Assembly (NCBI RefSeq): GCF_006345805.1
Contig: NC_043003.1
Location: 67,704,001 to 67,768,000, forward strand
Reading direction: 5' to 3'
Length of the DNA stretch: 64,000 nucleotides
Source: Octopus sinensis
Lineage: Eukaryota
Position 1 is the first letter of the stretch; the number at the start of each line of letters is the position of its first letter. The notes beneath the pieces are model-generated. The model did not search any database and had not been told where the DNA came from. It saw nothing but the letters and a program-made list of their open reading frames with translations. This document shows, piece by piece, positions 1-12,360 of the stretch. A program made the translations under genes and the position numbers.

Positions 1-112
1 AGTTTGCATTTATGTGACATTTTTGTCCAAGGGGCAAGTTGCTCTTTGTTGTAGTTTTAATCAATTTTGTGTTTGTAACAGTCAGTTTCCATTTTTGTGA
101 AGTTTTTGACAG

Positions 113-211
113 AACAAGTCACCTTTAAGAGGAAAATTACTGCATTAAAAATTCATTTTATTCGAATGAACGAAAGCGACATGCATTACGGGTTGACAGA
201 AGTCAGCATCA
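113..211 (+). CDS. Candidate internal coding exon (99 nt, phase 1-1), product unknown
   Basis: Acceptor tttttgacag before 113 and donor A|gtaatg at 212. Open frame xQVTFKRKITALKIHFIRMNESDMHYGLTEVSI. The length is a multiple of 3. Loose resemblance to the last strands of galactose-binding/F5-8-like folds is an impression only. Confidence 0.35.
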
Positions 212-1232
212 GTAATGGAGGAAGGATTCCGATGCCATGCAATGGAAAATCAACATTTTTTTATCTAAATTTTTTTATATTCCATATTCAATAGAGGAGC
301 ATATGTTAATTACTCAAAATGCTTCTTAAATTAAGAATCCATATTATTCTTACATACTATGATCATATTCCTTTTGATAAGCCGAATATTTTTTTGAAAG
401 TATTTACACCGGAGCAGAAAGTCTAATTAAGACCTAATTAACGATCTAATTAAAGATTTCTTACTGTCTTCCAATATCTGGGATGTTTCTTAATTTCTTC
501 CTTCCATGTCAACAGGGTCAACTGGGTCTAAGACATGTTTCTATGTTGCATTCATCACGTAGCTTGAAAACAGTGTTTCTGTATATTTCTTCTTAATTAG
601 TGTATAGGGATTAGTAGAAAATGCTTCTTAAGTTATAAATCCATACCTAAAATGGTTCTTAAGTGACATGAATAGATTCAGTTGGGTTTAGTGAAGAATT
701 CTGCGAAGACATTGACGTTGGGGCAGAAAGTCAAATTAATTCCTAATTAAGTGTCTAATTAAAACTTCTTAATTTGTTTTTCAATACCGGTTTTTTTCGA
801 TTATCTCATAAATAATTAATCCATACCTAAGCATACTTAAGCATCACGTTTCATGGTATTAGGGCCATTTGTACACATATTGTGCCTTGCCAGTATTTTG
901 GAGCTTCAAGTCTAATCAAATCAGGACTGGCTCTCGGCCTATATCGTTTATTCTACTTTGACCATTATTAAACAACAGAAGTCACCGCAGGCTTAATCCA
1001 TTTTCGAAGAATGAAGTATAACTACATTTTCCAGTGTGCTTCGTATTTATTTAGCACCTCAAACCAGCTATCACCTTAGTTTTGCTAACACAAGGCCTTT
1101 GCAATTCTTTTGGCTACGTATGCGCGAGAAAGAGAAAAGGTGTTTTTGGCAATGTTTGCAAGTTTGATTTGGATGATCCATAAAGATTGTTAATATGAAG
1201 TAAAATATTGCTGTCAAATTGTGACATTAGAT

Positions 1233-1412
1233 CAGCAATTTCAGGGGGATAGCGTAATTAGATTTCATCATCTCTAGTGTTCAACTGGTACTTATCGACC
1301 ACGAAAGGATGAAATGCAAAGTCGAGCTTGGCAGAATTTGAAATCAGTACATATAGACGGACGAAACGCCGCTAAACATTTTGTGCTAAATATTTCTGGT
1401 AGCACCACGCTT
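1233..1412 (-). mobile_element. SINE family A (ggcggcgagctggcagaa head), degenerate copy
   Basis: Reverse complement aligns by eye with the near-complete copy at 46318 (ttagcgg..tttcgtc, ttcaaattctgcc, tcgactttgc, gtaccagtt). Confidence 0.75.
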
Positions 1413-1447
1413 GATATGAAGTGAAATATTAATAATAATATAAAATA

Positions 1448-1655
1448 GGCAGCGAACTGGCGGAACGTAAGCACATTGGGGAAAATGCTAAGCGACATTC
1501 GTCTGTCCTCGCATTTTCACTCGAAATTTTGCCGAGGTCGACTTTGTCTTTCACTTTCATTCCTTCGCGATCGATAAAATAAGTACCAGTTAAGCATCGG
1601 TGTCGATGTAATCGATTTCTTCACACCCCCGAAACTGCTGGTCCTGTACCAATAT
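1448..1655 (+). mobile_element. SINE family A copy
   Basis: ggcagcgaactggcggaacg head, gccgaggtcgactttg core, ataaaataagtaccagtt and tcgatgtaatcga motifs shared with 46318-46545. Confidence 0.8.
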
Positions 1656-2065
1656 TTTCAAGAAATATTAATTACAGTACTGTTTTGAAAATGTAAAGTA
1701 ACCATTTTTTTTCTGGTGATTATTGTGATGCAAAAAAGGGAGTGAAATGCTTTTGAAAAAATAAGATCTGTTATATTCCAAATTATATACACTTGCAAAG
1801 ACGTGATATAAGATACTTTGATTTATTTTAAGTTATATTATCAAGCCACATTATCAACTTCGAGTGTAATATTTTAAGTAATCTAACTTGAACTTTTAAT
1901 CGTAAACTTAATAATACTGTTTATGACTAATTTTCTTTACCTCAAAGAAATTTTAGTCTTGTTTTGCCTTTGTGAACATATATAGTAATGAAATGTTTTT
2001 TTTTCAAACTTTGTTCACTATCATCACATTGTCGAACTAATCTGTTTTGTTTTGTTTCTTTACAG

Positions 2066-2091
2066 TGGAAACTGAAAATTTGATGAAGTAG
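2066..2091 (+). CDS. Candidate short terminal coding exon (METENLMK* if joined to 113-211)
   Basis: Strong acceptor ttttgttttgtttctttacag ending at 2065. Phase 1 is compatible with the donor at 212. Stop TAG at 2089-2091. Confidence 0.3.
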
Positions 2092-2587
2092 CTCAATGCA
2101 GCCTCTTGTAGATTGATCAATGTTTACAATATCTTAATTTCCGTAGTAGCATATTTCAGTAAATTTCGTATACAATTCATCATTCGTTAGAACTACAATT
2201 GCAAACATAGTCTGCGGGCATAAACCCGATACAAATATAGTAACAGTAACGTGCACCATAATATTTCCTGTGCAAGCGATACTCTAAAAGTTACAAATGG
2301 GTTGCAAACTAATGAATGTATTCCCATGTTTAATTATGCCTGGCTTCTTTACTGTATACGCATACCAGTTGTTTCGAAAATCATAAGGAAAACAAACGAA
2401 CGTTATATGTTGTAATGGTATCACAGCTGAAAACTGGAAAAACAATTTTTCATACGATTGAAAAATATTTTTTTTCTGACAAGTATTCCCAAGGACGAAC
2501 GTATTTGTGTTTCTAATTATTGACGGAATACGTAAAACAACGGATCTCTTGAGAGGTATTGCGGAGTTAAGAGAAAAAAACATCATC

Positions 2588-2956
2588 TGTTTACGACGAC
2601 AAGGGTTCCAGTTGATCCGATCAACGGAACAGTCTGCTCATAACATTAACGTGCATGTGCCCGAGCATTTCACAGACACGTATACCCTAAACGAACTTCT
2701 CGGGGAGATTCAGCGTGACACAGGGTGTGACAGGGCTGGTTCCTTTGAAATACAGGTACAAAAGAAACAGGAAGAAAATGTAAGAGAAAGAAGTGGTCAA
2801 CGAATATAGCAGGGTTCGCTACCACCTCCTGCCGGAGCCTCGTGGAGCTTTAGGTGTTTTCGCTCAATAGACACCCACAACTGCCGATCTGGGAATCGAA
2901 ACTGCGATCCTACGACCACGAGTCCGCTGTCTTAACCACTGGGCCATTGCGCCTCC
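2588..2956 (-). mobile_element. tRNA-derived SINE family C (ggaggcgcaatggcccagtggtt head)
   Basis: Minus strand has an A-box-like tggcccagtggtt and a B-box-like gtttcgattccc. The first ~150 nt match the copy at 62375-62668. Confidence 0.85.
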
Positions 2957-3829
2957 ACATGAACCAAAATATACTAAATTGGAAGTGTCAAAACTGTTTT
3001 AAATACCGTAAACCTTGTCAATCACACAATGCATGCAGAACAATTTTTTACGTCTTTTAACATTGTTTTTTTAAGAAATGCACGCGGAAAACACAGCTTT
3101 GGTGTTAACCTCTCTATTGGATGATTTCCAAACATTGTAACCAATTCTCATAGCTTATCAGCTGTATATAGATGGGCTAATTAACATTTTTTGCTTTCTC
3201 AAACTAGATCATGACAATGGGTTTCATCGTTCTGGACATACATAGACAATTAATCGCTTCAGAAAAAGAATGATAACGTTATTATTTGTTACTCACAAGA
3301 TTTAAGTATATCAGGATCCATTAACATTTTGGTAGAAAAAGTGACTTCTCTGATTTCAGAAAAAGACGTGTAAATAGTGAAATGTATTAAAGACTACAGA
3401 ATCAACACACCAAATATCACAGATCATCTTTGACTTGTAACATATCAACTTGAAAATTACTTTCCTGCAGTGGAATACAAATCATCAGATACAAAATGAG
3501 GTGTCTGAAATACATTCGATGCAGCTAACGTCAATCTAAATGTAGCTAAGTTGAAAGGGCTGACCTTTGCAGTTAAAGAATAACCTGGGGTGGAATTAAA
3601 ATTCTTGACATCAATTCTTAATTAAAATTTGTGTTTGATATTCATTAACGTAACCAAAATGAAGTAGCAACTATTCGAGGTTTCGAAAATTGTTTCTAAT
3701 TCCCAATAAATACACCTGTATAGGGAAACCACTGCAATGACCAATGACAAGTGTAAGACATAAAATGCGGCATCGATTAAACGCGATAGCTACGCAGAGG
3801 AATATACATTGCGTTTGTTCTATCCGCAA

Positions 3830-4030
3830 TTAGGTTAATTGATTTTAGTTTTTTACACAAGGCCAGCAATTCTTTTGTGGGATAATTTGTCGATTAAATT
3901 CAACTCCGTGCTCAGCTAGTATTTATTTTATCGACCACGAAACTACGAAATGTAAAGTGGATTCAGAACGTAAAAAGCCAAAAATAGTGACGCTATGCAT
4001 TTTGCACCTTCGGTAAACGATTGTACCCGT
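3830..4030 (-). mobile_element. SINE family A degenerate copy
   Basis: acacaaggccagcaatt tail, ttatcgaccacgaaa and aaagtggattcagaacgta motifs match other family A copies. Confidence 0.65.
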
Positions 4031-4133
4031 TTTCCCCGTTTCACAATTACATGACTTAATAGATGACTTGCAAACTTATGCGTTGCATTAAATAGCAAAA
4101 TTTTGGTTCGACTGATATAAATGAAATAAACAG

Positions 4134-4170
4134 GCGTAGGAGTCGCTGTGTGGTAAATAGCTTGCTAACC
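4134..4170 (+). mobile_element. SINE family B 5' head, truncated
   Basis: ggcgtaggagtcgctgtgtggtaaatagcttgctaacc matches the heads at 28107 and 60779. Similarity stops at about 4171. Confidence 0.65.
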
Positions 4171-5290
4171 TCACTTACTGAATAGTTCGCATTTTTCATG
4201 CAGCTCGGAAGTCACGTCTTGAGACGTGAAAATTGAACATTTTTGAAGCACGACTACAGGTAGGAGTTTGTTGTATTTTCTTGAGGGCTTAGTGGAGTTT
4301 GTTGCCCTGTATTTAATATTGTTTGGTGAGTAATAGACTCCACTCTGCTCCAGACATTTGCCAGCCTGTGGCCCTCTATAAAGACTCACTTTGAAGTGAG
4401 AATTGTGTTTTAGAGGAGGCGTAGCCCCTCCGCAAAAATTAATTTCTTGCCGAAAATTGTCTTCGTGTCTGTGGATTACCAAGGAATATCAAGGCAGGAA
4501 GGACTGTTTTTGCAAGGTGGAAGTGAGTGTGTTGGCTCTGTCCAATATTGAACTGAAAGAAAAAAGAACAACATCAGCATAAGACCGTAGATGTAGGTGG
4601 ATTTGTTTTCGGTTGAGCTGGGTGTAATTTGTCAAATAGAAATTGTTTGTGTGTTGATAAATTTCGCCCAGCTCCGTGGCAATTCTGCCTGCTGTCGGGG
4701 GCTGCTGTTTGTTGTTTTTTGTATTGAAAAAAAAAGGGGGGCGTATCTTCGCCTGAACTTACTGGATTTTGCCATTGAAACTTGTTGAAGTTGGCCAGGA
4801 ATACCTGTTGGCCATCGATGTTTGCTGTGTGAACTGTTTTTCTTTTCTCTATCCTTCTGGATTTTTTCTTTCTTTTTGGAGCTGTTTATGTGTTTCTTTT
4901 GAATTTTATTTTTATTCATATTTTTTCACTGACTTGTTTATTTCGTTTTGGACTTGTTAATTCATTTGGACTTTCCTTCTTTTGAATTGACTGTTAACAT
5001 GGTAAATCAAAAAGCGCCTTAGAATGGGAGGTGGTTCTACCTAAGCAATGGATTGAAAGCCTTGAGAGAAGGACGTCGGTACTACGGACCTATTCTACGC
5101 GCGTGACGCCATCGCTCTCTTCGACAAGGGTATAATTAATAAAGAGCCGCCAAAATGTTTGCCAGCTAAAAATTATTGTGACAAGGAGTGTGAAATACGC
5201 CACGGTGTGGCTACTTTTCGACACTCCTAAGTAGGCTTGCACTGTGGCAAGCCAGCCCCTGGAAGGGGAGGAGATTTTGTTTCTTCCCAC
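4171..5290 (-). mobile_element. Possible decayed non-LTR retrotransposon 5' region (ORF1-like plus structured leader)
   Basis: Interrupted minus-strand coding-like stretches (VVLFxFSSILDRANTL..., LLPVVVLQKCSI...HEKC resembling a degenerate zinc knuckle) preceded by a GC-richer hairpin-rich segment at 5184-5268. Family assignment is an inference. Confidence 0.3.
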
Positions 5291-5746
5291 ATATCGTTAA
5301 AATTTAGAAATTTTAACAACTTTACATCTCATATCTAGCGTCAAGCTGTTAATGTCTAAATATTCATTATGGGATATTAAATGGTAATCTATTTATCTTC
5401 AAATTCGCAAAATGTTTCTGCTCGTGAATGTCAAAGAGAATTGTGTAATGATGCTGTCAAGGGATATCTTTCATAATTTAGGGTTTTCAAAATTATGCTT
5501 TCTTTGCAACAAAAACTTATTTTCCTTGTGATTTTAAAAATACTTTTGGATATGTAATGAAATAATATCGCATACCTACAATTTGCACAATAATTGAAAA
5601 GCTTTTAATATAATAAATATATTCCAGTAAATCTGTTCGCTATTAGCTTGTGAATTTCAGATTACAACATACAATATCATTCATCATGTTATATAAAAAG
5701 CGTTATATAATAGAATACATTGTAGTAAACTTTAAATGATTATATA

Positions 5747-5978
5747 CAAGGTCTGAACAAAAAGTATCGGGACTGCATTATAAAAACAGAACTACAACAT
5801 TAACTTGGTATGGAATCTACTTTAAATTAGTTCCCTTCAGAAGTCACACGCTTCATCCGGCGTCGATTTTATTGATAGAAGAATTCGTGGAGCAATTCTC
5901 TTTCTTGGGGTGAGGGTTAACAAGTAGCTACCTCGTTGCACTCTCTGGGATATCCTCGACATCGTCAAATCTTGTTTC
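5747..5978 (-). mobile_element. Mariner-like transposon 3' fragment with one TIR
   Basis: TA followed by caaggtctgaacaaaaagtatcgggac (mariner-type TIR). Minus-strand translation gives RFDDVEDI and FFYQ*NRRRMKRVTSEGN, resembling the mariner transposase C-terminus. Confidence 0.65.
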
Positions 5979-7339
5979 TGTAAGTATTATTTGATGTATG
6001 GAAGGAGGAAAATGCTGCAAAATGCGAAATCTGGAAAATATAGCAGTTGATGGACTGTCGCGAAAGGAGGCCCCAGGGAAACCCTAGGGATCGGCGAGGA
6101 ATTACAGGGAGCCGTTTATAGCCAAGGGATCGAATGGGGGTCGGCGTGCGGGAGACCAGCTCACCCATGTGAAGTACTTGGAATACTTAGTCAGTGTCAG
6201 GCTCATCCTTCACATTGATATTGTCAATTTCATCAAAAGAGATCCTAGCAATATGATGGGTTTTTCAAATTTTCTAACCGTGAAAGCAAATTCATAAAAA
6301 TTGAAAGTTTAATACTTCGATGGAATTTGTTAATTTGTCGTACACATATATTTTAGCTAACATGGTCTAAAAAAGTTTGGCGACATCTAGACTAGTGGAA
6401 TGCTCTTCTTGGCAAAAAGCGCCACAAATGAAAGCAGTTTTGGCAGAAACTTGTCAGATACACGTTTTACACCTAAATATTCAGTGATAATGGGCTGAAC
6501 TGAACTGTAACTAACGATCACATCCTTTGAAAACTCACTCACAGTGATTCAGTGGGATTTCTGAACAGCTGCACGCATATCAGAAGTTTTCATGAGTTCT
6601 GCTCTTTGCTAGTTTCTCAGAACGTGTGCCACATACACCATTTTGTCATATTCATCTAAAGTTCCCCAAAATTGCAATGCCTTAAAACAAGATATATATA
6701 TGTGTGTATGTATGTGTGTGTGTGTGTGTGTGTGCATGTGTGTGTGTGCGTGTGTGTGTGTGTGTAGGTAAGTAAGTTCTAGCGTTCATAGCTTAAATAT
6801 AGTTTTCTGAACTTGACAGACACTTTCCTAAGGGGTATCAGTACTAAAGGATTTTCAAGAGAACTACGGTTGACCTATCTTATTTTAGCCCCACCTCACC
6901 CCTAAAATAGGATTAAAAGGTTTTCTCGCATATAGCTCTGACAGATAGTTATGAGAATGACAAAAACGAGAGCAACAATGCAGTAGGGTCTCTATGAATA
7001 CATATAATTTGTAATTTCCTGAAATCCTCGCTCTTCTCTTTCTGAGGCTTACTAAATATTACTTTGTTTGTGCTTGTAAGAAGTTATTACAAATACTTTA
7101 AGATTGTTCTTGTCAGTCATTATGCAAATCAGTCCAGTTTGCAATGTAGATTGCTCAGGAACACGTATATGGGCGAACATACTAAAATCCTTATGTTGCA
7201 ATAATATCTGTGTTGTGTATGCTTATCTTAATTTATTTTGCTTTACTTGTATATGTTAACGCATGAAAGTAATACATACTTGGTGTAGTTCACACAATTC
7301 AAACGCTTAAACTTTTGTGTTTAATAATCATTTTTACTG

Positions 7340-7542
7340 TAGGCACAAGGCCTGAAATTTGCGGGAAGGTAGAAAGTCGATTATATTGACACCAGTTGAC
7401 AACTGGTACTTAATTTGTCGATCACGAAAGAAAGAAAGATAGAGTGGAACCTCGTCGGAATTTGAACTCTGAACATAGCGACGGGCGAAATACGGCTAAT
7501 GCATTTCGACCGGCGTGCTAACGGCTCTGCCAGCACGCCGCC
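7340..7542 (-). mobile_element. SINE family A copy, near full length
   Basis: Reverse complement begins ggcggcgtgctggcagagccgttagcacgccggtcgaaatgc and ends in the cacaaggcc tail. Confidence 0.85.
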
Positions 7543-7574
7543 TTTATTTTATTCATAATAATACTTTACACAGG

Positions 7575-7780
7575 GTATCAAGTTGGCAGAATTGTTAGCA
7601 CTCGGGGCAGAATGCTTACAGGCATGTCGTCCGACTGTACATACTGAGTTCAAATTCTACCGAGGTTGGTTATGCCTTTCATTATGTCTGGGTCAATTAG
7701 ATAAGTACCAACTGAGCCCTGGGGCCCATCTAACTGGCTCACCCATCCCCCGAAGTGGTTGATCTTGAGCCAAAATTTTC
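7575..7780 (+). mobile_element. SINE family A copy
   Basis: agttggcagaattgttagcac head, ctgagttcaaattctaccgagg, ataagtacca. Confidence 0.75.
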
Positions 7781-8919
7781 ACCCAATGAATTGAAAAAAA
7801 AGGTAGCCCATATGCATACACAAACACATATTCATATATTTGTTTGGTGTGTGTGAGTGAGCGTATGTATGTGTATGTGCATATGTGTGAGTGTGTGCGT
7901 ATAAAATATGTCTACATATGTCTGTTGGTTTTAAGTAACATATGCGTGTATGTGCTTAGTAGCGTATGTAGGATTATGCAACTCCCAAATCAACACGATG
8001 CTGCTTCTCGACTTATAATTTTAATCAGTGTGACGCGAATAGGCTCATTGGTTGATTCATTATGTCTAAGTAAGTAGTTTGCGATATATATTAAATGAAT
8101 TTAGTGCGTGATCCTGACATACTATCTGGAGCAAATATAACTTACTACCTTCTAACTTTTATAAAATAATACGTCTCATAGAGTCTTGTCTGCTCTTTCC
8201 CATTTATGAAAACTTTTGCTGCTGCGTACATTTGTCTTCTCGTTACACGTGAGATTATTAATTATACGGCAAATAAGTGAGAAGAACGTTCGCCATATTT
8301 ATTCTCCGTCAGTTAAACACAGTGCATCACAGGAAGAAAACCAGGAGACCCTGCTGTGAGAAATTTCATGAATCTCAGATTTTTTTGTCGCTTCTCACTG
8401 ATATTTCTATTTTCATATGATCATAACCCATCGCCTATAGCTAATGTAAGTGGTTATTAAACAGAAGTTGTTCGTTCTGCTTGCAATAGATAGGTGTATT
8501 TCACTAGCAACTGTATTCACACCGAGGAAGGGAAGATTCAATAACACTAGTGTTCTTTTATATCCAAGCGCTTATAAACTGTCTGCAACACGGGTTTATT
8601 TAATAAATACCGTGTATTCGTGAATACATAAAACGGCCGTAACCTCAAGACCTCTAGCTATCGTAGTGACAGTTTTCTTAGAAACTTATTAGATAATCAG
8701 ATACATAGTATTAGGATAAATCACATGAAATATAACTGATCTTACTTTTCTTTATCATTATACCACGGTGTCATCGAATTAATAGTAGACGGTTGTGTTG
8801 TAAACAATATTTAATATTTAGTATTTCTTCTTTTGAATTAGTGGCGTTCAACTTTCCTTTAAAAGTACTGTAATGTCCCTGACACAAATAATGCGACGCA
8901 AGATAAATATTTTCATATA

Positions 8920-8958
<39 letters not shown>

Positions 8959-8963
8959 TGTGG

Positions 8964-9063
8964 NNNNNNNNNNNNNNNNNNNNNNNNNNNNNNNNNNNNN
9001 NNNNNNNNNNNNNNNNNNNNNNNNNNNNNNNNNNNNNNNNNNNNNNNNNNNNNNNNNNNNNNN
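8964..9063. other. Assembly gap (100 N) within a TA-rich microsatellite
   Basis: Run of 100 N directly visible. Confidence 0.99.
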
Positions 9064-9653
9064 ATATATATAAGAAGCGCCATATAGAACTATATGCGTG
9101 CATATAAATATTTGTTTATATACGTATATGCCAACATATTCATATATGTAAGTGTATAGGTGCGTGTGTGTTTTGTATCGTTATTTGCTAGATTGATTTA
9201 CCCACACGTTGATGTTCTTTGTCATTAATACTTGGAGATTTATGCACAGGAAAAATGCATGTGATAAGCGTCTTGAATGACGGACTTGTCTATTCCGGAA
9301 AATAAAGATGTTGAATCCATTCTTTCTATCACAGGTGGCATCACAGGCAGCGATATTTACAAGGTAGTGTACTAATAGAAATAGTGAGGAGGAAGTCACA
9401 ATATATGCATAAAGAAGAAAATATAGCGCTTATCTTATTACAACGTCAAAGTTTATAGAGTAACATCAATTGAAATATATTACTTTGTATCTAAGCAGAA
9501 CTATGTTTTGCGGTGGAATCTACAAATAATTCCTGATTCCTGCTTAATATACAAGAGAAATTTGTTACCTGAACATGACTGGGTCCTGTTAGAAGCCTGC
9601 GATTCTCTAAGTGGCATGCGGACGAATCAAACAATAATAATATAACTCCTAAT

Positions 9654-9830
9654 GCGGCGAACTGGTAAAATTGTTAGCAATTTGGGCAAAATAGTTAGTG
9701 GTATTTCGTCTATTTTTATGTTCTGAGTTCAAGTTCCACTGAGGTCTCTACTTTGCCTCCATCCTTTTAAGGTTGATAAAATAATTACCAGATGAGCATT
9801 GGCATCACTGTAATCGACTTAACTACTCCT
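9654..9830 (+). mobile_element. SINE family A copy
   Basis: gcggcgaactggtaaaattgttagca head, ggtatttcgtct, ttctgagttcaa, taatcgacttaa. Confidence 0.75.
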
Positions 9831-10039
9831 AGGTATGAGTATAAACAACAATATCCCTCTGCCAAGCCATTTTGAGGTAGAGTGTTAAAGTAGGTTCATA
9901 AAGCCATTCACTAGAGGAGAGAATATGCTGAGGTGCCCGAAACGCTCTGGCCTAAACATGGGTAACCCAATCTAAAAATGTGGTACATATATTTATATAT
10001 TATTTTATATATATAGATTTATTTTTTATTTACTTTTAT

Positions 10040-11340
10040 ACGCTTCAGCCCTTACTCTACAGCCGTAATCACTGTAATCACCTTTTCAACGGCTAATCTT
10101 ATGTGATTGGCTCTTTGTAAAGGAGGGCGTTCGACACTGCTGCCCTCTTTTGAGTTTCCTTCTTCAATATAGGTTCATTGGATAACAAGAGATCAAGTTG
10201 TTTCTTGAAAACATCTACGCTAATCCATGAAGATCACCCAGATCCTTTCGCAAAGCATTAAATAGCTGTGGGCATCGGAGTTCCAAGCCATTCTAGTACG
10301 TGTCCGTCACTCCAAATGGGATAGCTCGGTGCTTTGGAACAGTGCAAACACGCCCATTTTATGAAGCTGGTACGGATTTTGATACGAAGGTTTGGGGTTG
10401 CGGCACCAGGATCTTCTATACGTGTATCATTGCCTACCTCTCTCGTTTTCATTCCAAGGAGTAGATTCGTAGTGCTTTGAGTTTTTTCTAGTAGCTCAGC
10501 TACGGCCTCAAGTTGTGCTATCCATTTGTCAATGAAGGGTAACCACAGTTGAGAGCAATAATTTAGACGTAAGTATACAAATATGCCCTGCATAGAAACA
10601 GCATAGTTTCCTGGTTCCTTTCTCTGATATGTCTCACAATTCATCCGGCGATTTGCCTGTCCATTTCCACCATCTTGCCGTACATGAAACGAGGTATCAT
10701 TGCTCATATCAATCCCCAGGCCACGCATTGTGCATTACTCTGTGATTGTCACACCTTATGGTCCAAAGTACCGTAATTGTGACTTGTGAACACTAATTAG
10801 CTGTAGAATTTACCTGCATTAAATTACATGTTGTTTTCTTCAGCCCATTTATATACGGCATTTAGATCTATTTGTAGAATATTAGCATCAGAAGGTTCCT
10901 TGGCAGCTTGCACTGCGTATGTGTGGTCGGCATCGCTGGTGAGTGTGGTTGTCTGTGTAACTGATGGCATGTATCAAAGAGCCACCACGAACGGTAGCGA
11001 ACCCAATACAGTTCCCTGATCACTACAGTCGCTATTATTGTTTGTCTCCTTAGGGAGGCCCCCATTGGCTGCCACGGCCTGGCTTCTGTCATTTAAGGAG
11101 TCATGCAACCAGTCTCCCAGATTCCCGACGATGCCGAGTCTCCGTAGCTTGTGACATATCAACTCGTGACCAATCTCCTCAAAGGCCTTTACGAAATCGA
11201 GATGTATCACATCCACATTTGAGCGATTCATTGTTTCAGCACCCGGTCATAATGCTTCTTGAGCGGAAGCCATGCTGTGTGTCAGGGAGAAAGTCTTTAA
11301 ATTCATGGAACGCAATCACTTTCCACCTAACAATGCCTTC
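10040..11340 (-). mobile_element. CR1-like LINE, 5'-truncated and decayed (RT C-terminal half)
   Basis: Minus-strand motifs DVIHLDFVKAF, GHELICHKLRRLGIVGNLGDW, QGTVLGSL, RGLGIDMSNDTSF and LNYCSQLW. Same family type as 49851-50928 but with stops and frameshifts. Confidence 0.85.
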
Positions 11341-11939
11341 CATCATTTTGCTGACGTGTTAATTTAAAGAATTTTAACATCTGCTCTGCTACCTCCCTTG
11401 TGGATAGAACATATTTTACTTCTCGTTAGCATACATACGTACAGCTATTGGGAATTAATTTCAAATTCTCATTACCTAAAACGTTGGATCTCTCATCGAT
11501 ACATGTCTTCTTGTAACTCTTTCAATCTCAGAGGATAGATGCGAAATTGCTATCAAATGCTTCTTAACATTTATCCGTAGCAAACAGAGTTCAATAAATC
11601 AGGAATTTAATTTTCGTGCTATTTAATATACGGGGAATCATCGCCGTTCAATTCGAAAATGTTGGACGCTGTGTTAGAAGTCTCTGCTCATTTCTTTGAT
11701 AATAATATTCCAATTAGAAAAAATATAGTAGGTTCTCAACATTTCTTAATTTATGAAAAAGGCTATGAAAGCCTATTGAAGCTTTCACTGAAGAGCATTT
11801 TCTTCACGAGGAATTGCTCATTCTATATATAAAATTAAAACTAAGTCGTTTCACGAAAATTAGAAATTTCCACTCGTAGTTATTGATATGATACATTTCT
11901 AATTACGCGTTCGTATAATCACACATACACACACATATA

Positions 11940-11978
<39 letters not shown>

Positions 11979-12034
11979 CATATACGCATGATTATACATA
12001 TGCATGTATATACATATTCTTTTCTTCTTTTAGT

Positions 12035-12140
12035 TGTTTTAATCATTTGAATGCGGCCATGCTGGAGCACCGCCTTTAGACGAGCAAATCTACCCCAGGA
12101 CTTAATCTTTTGTACGCCTAGTACTTATTCTATCGGTCTA
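12035..12140 (-). mobile_element. SINE family B 3' part
   Basis: gcggccatgctggagcaccgcctttag...cccaggactt...tagtacttattctatcggtc is the reverse complement of the family B tail. Confidence 0.8.
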
Positions 12141-12189
12141 TACATTTTACCCTTCCAACTGTATTAGATATTTTACCACGGTAAATAGT

Positions 12190-12360
12190 GGTTTTCTCAA
12201 GTCCTGGGATCGTTTACATCGTCCCCAGGCCTTAACTGAGAATTATTTAATCGATCCAACTCCACCCCAAATGATAAAATGCAAAGCCGACCCTGCTGGA
12301 TTTTTAATTCAGAACGGTCGAACCGCCGCTAAGAACTTTCTTCAGCGTGCCTACTTCAAC
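12190..12360 (-). mobile_element. SINE family A degenerate copy
   Basis: tttaatcgatcc, gcaaagccgacc, ttcagaacg and gccgctaag motifs. Confidence 0.6.

Noticed and set aside
1095-1183. Exon-like frame LCNSFGYVCARKRKG...
   Set aside because: The apparent acceptor acacaag|gcc is the SINE family A tail motif seen at 3855, 7344 and 32008.
2507-2809. 100-aa plus-strand ORF
   Set aside because: It lies antisense over a tRNA-derived SINE.
2880-2956. tRNA genes at SINE heads (also 31757, 56312, 62600)
   Set aside because: A and B boxes are present but no complete cloverleaf could be built, and each head continues into repeat body sequence.
8600-8650. Hammerhead-like 3' half (hairpin plus aaaacggccgtaac)
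   Set aside because: No CUGANGA box upstream, and the GAAA and GUH positions are both altered.
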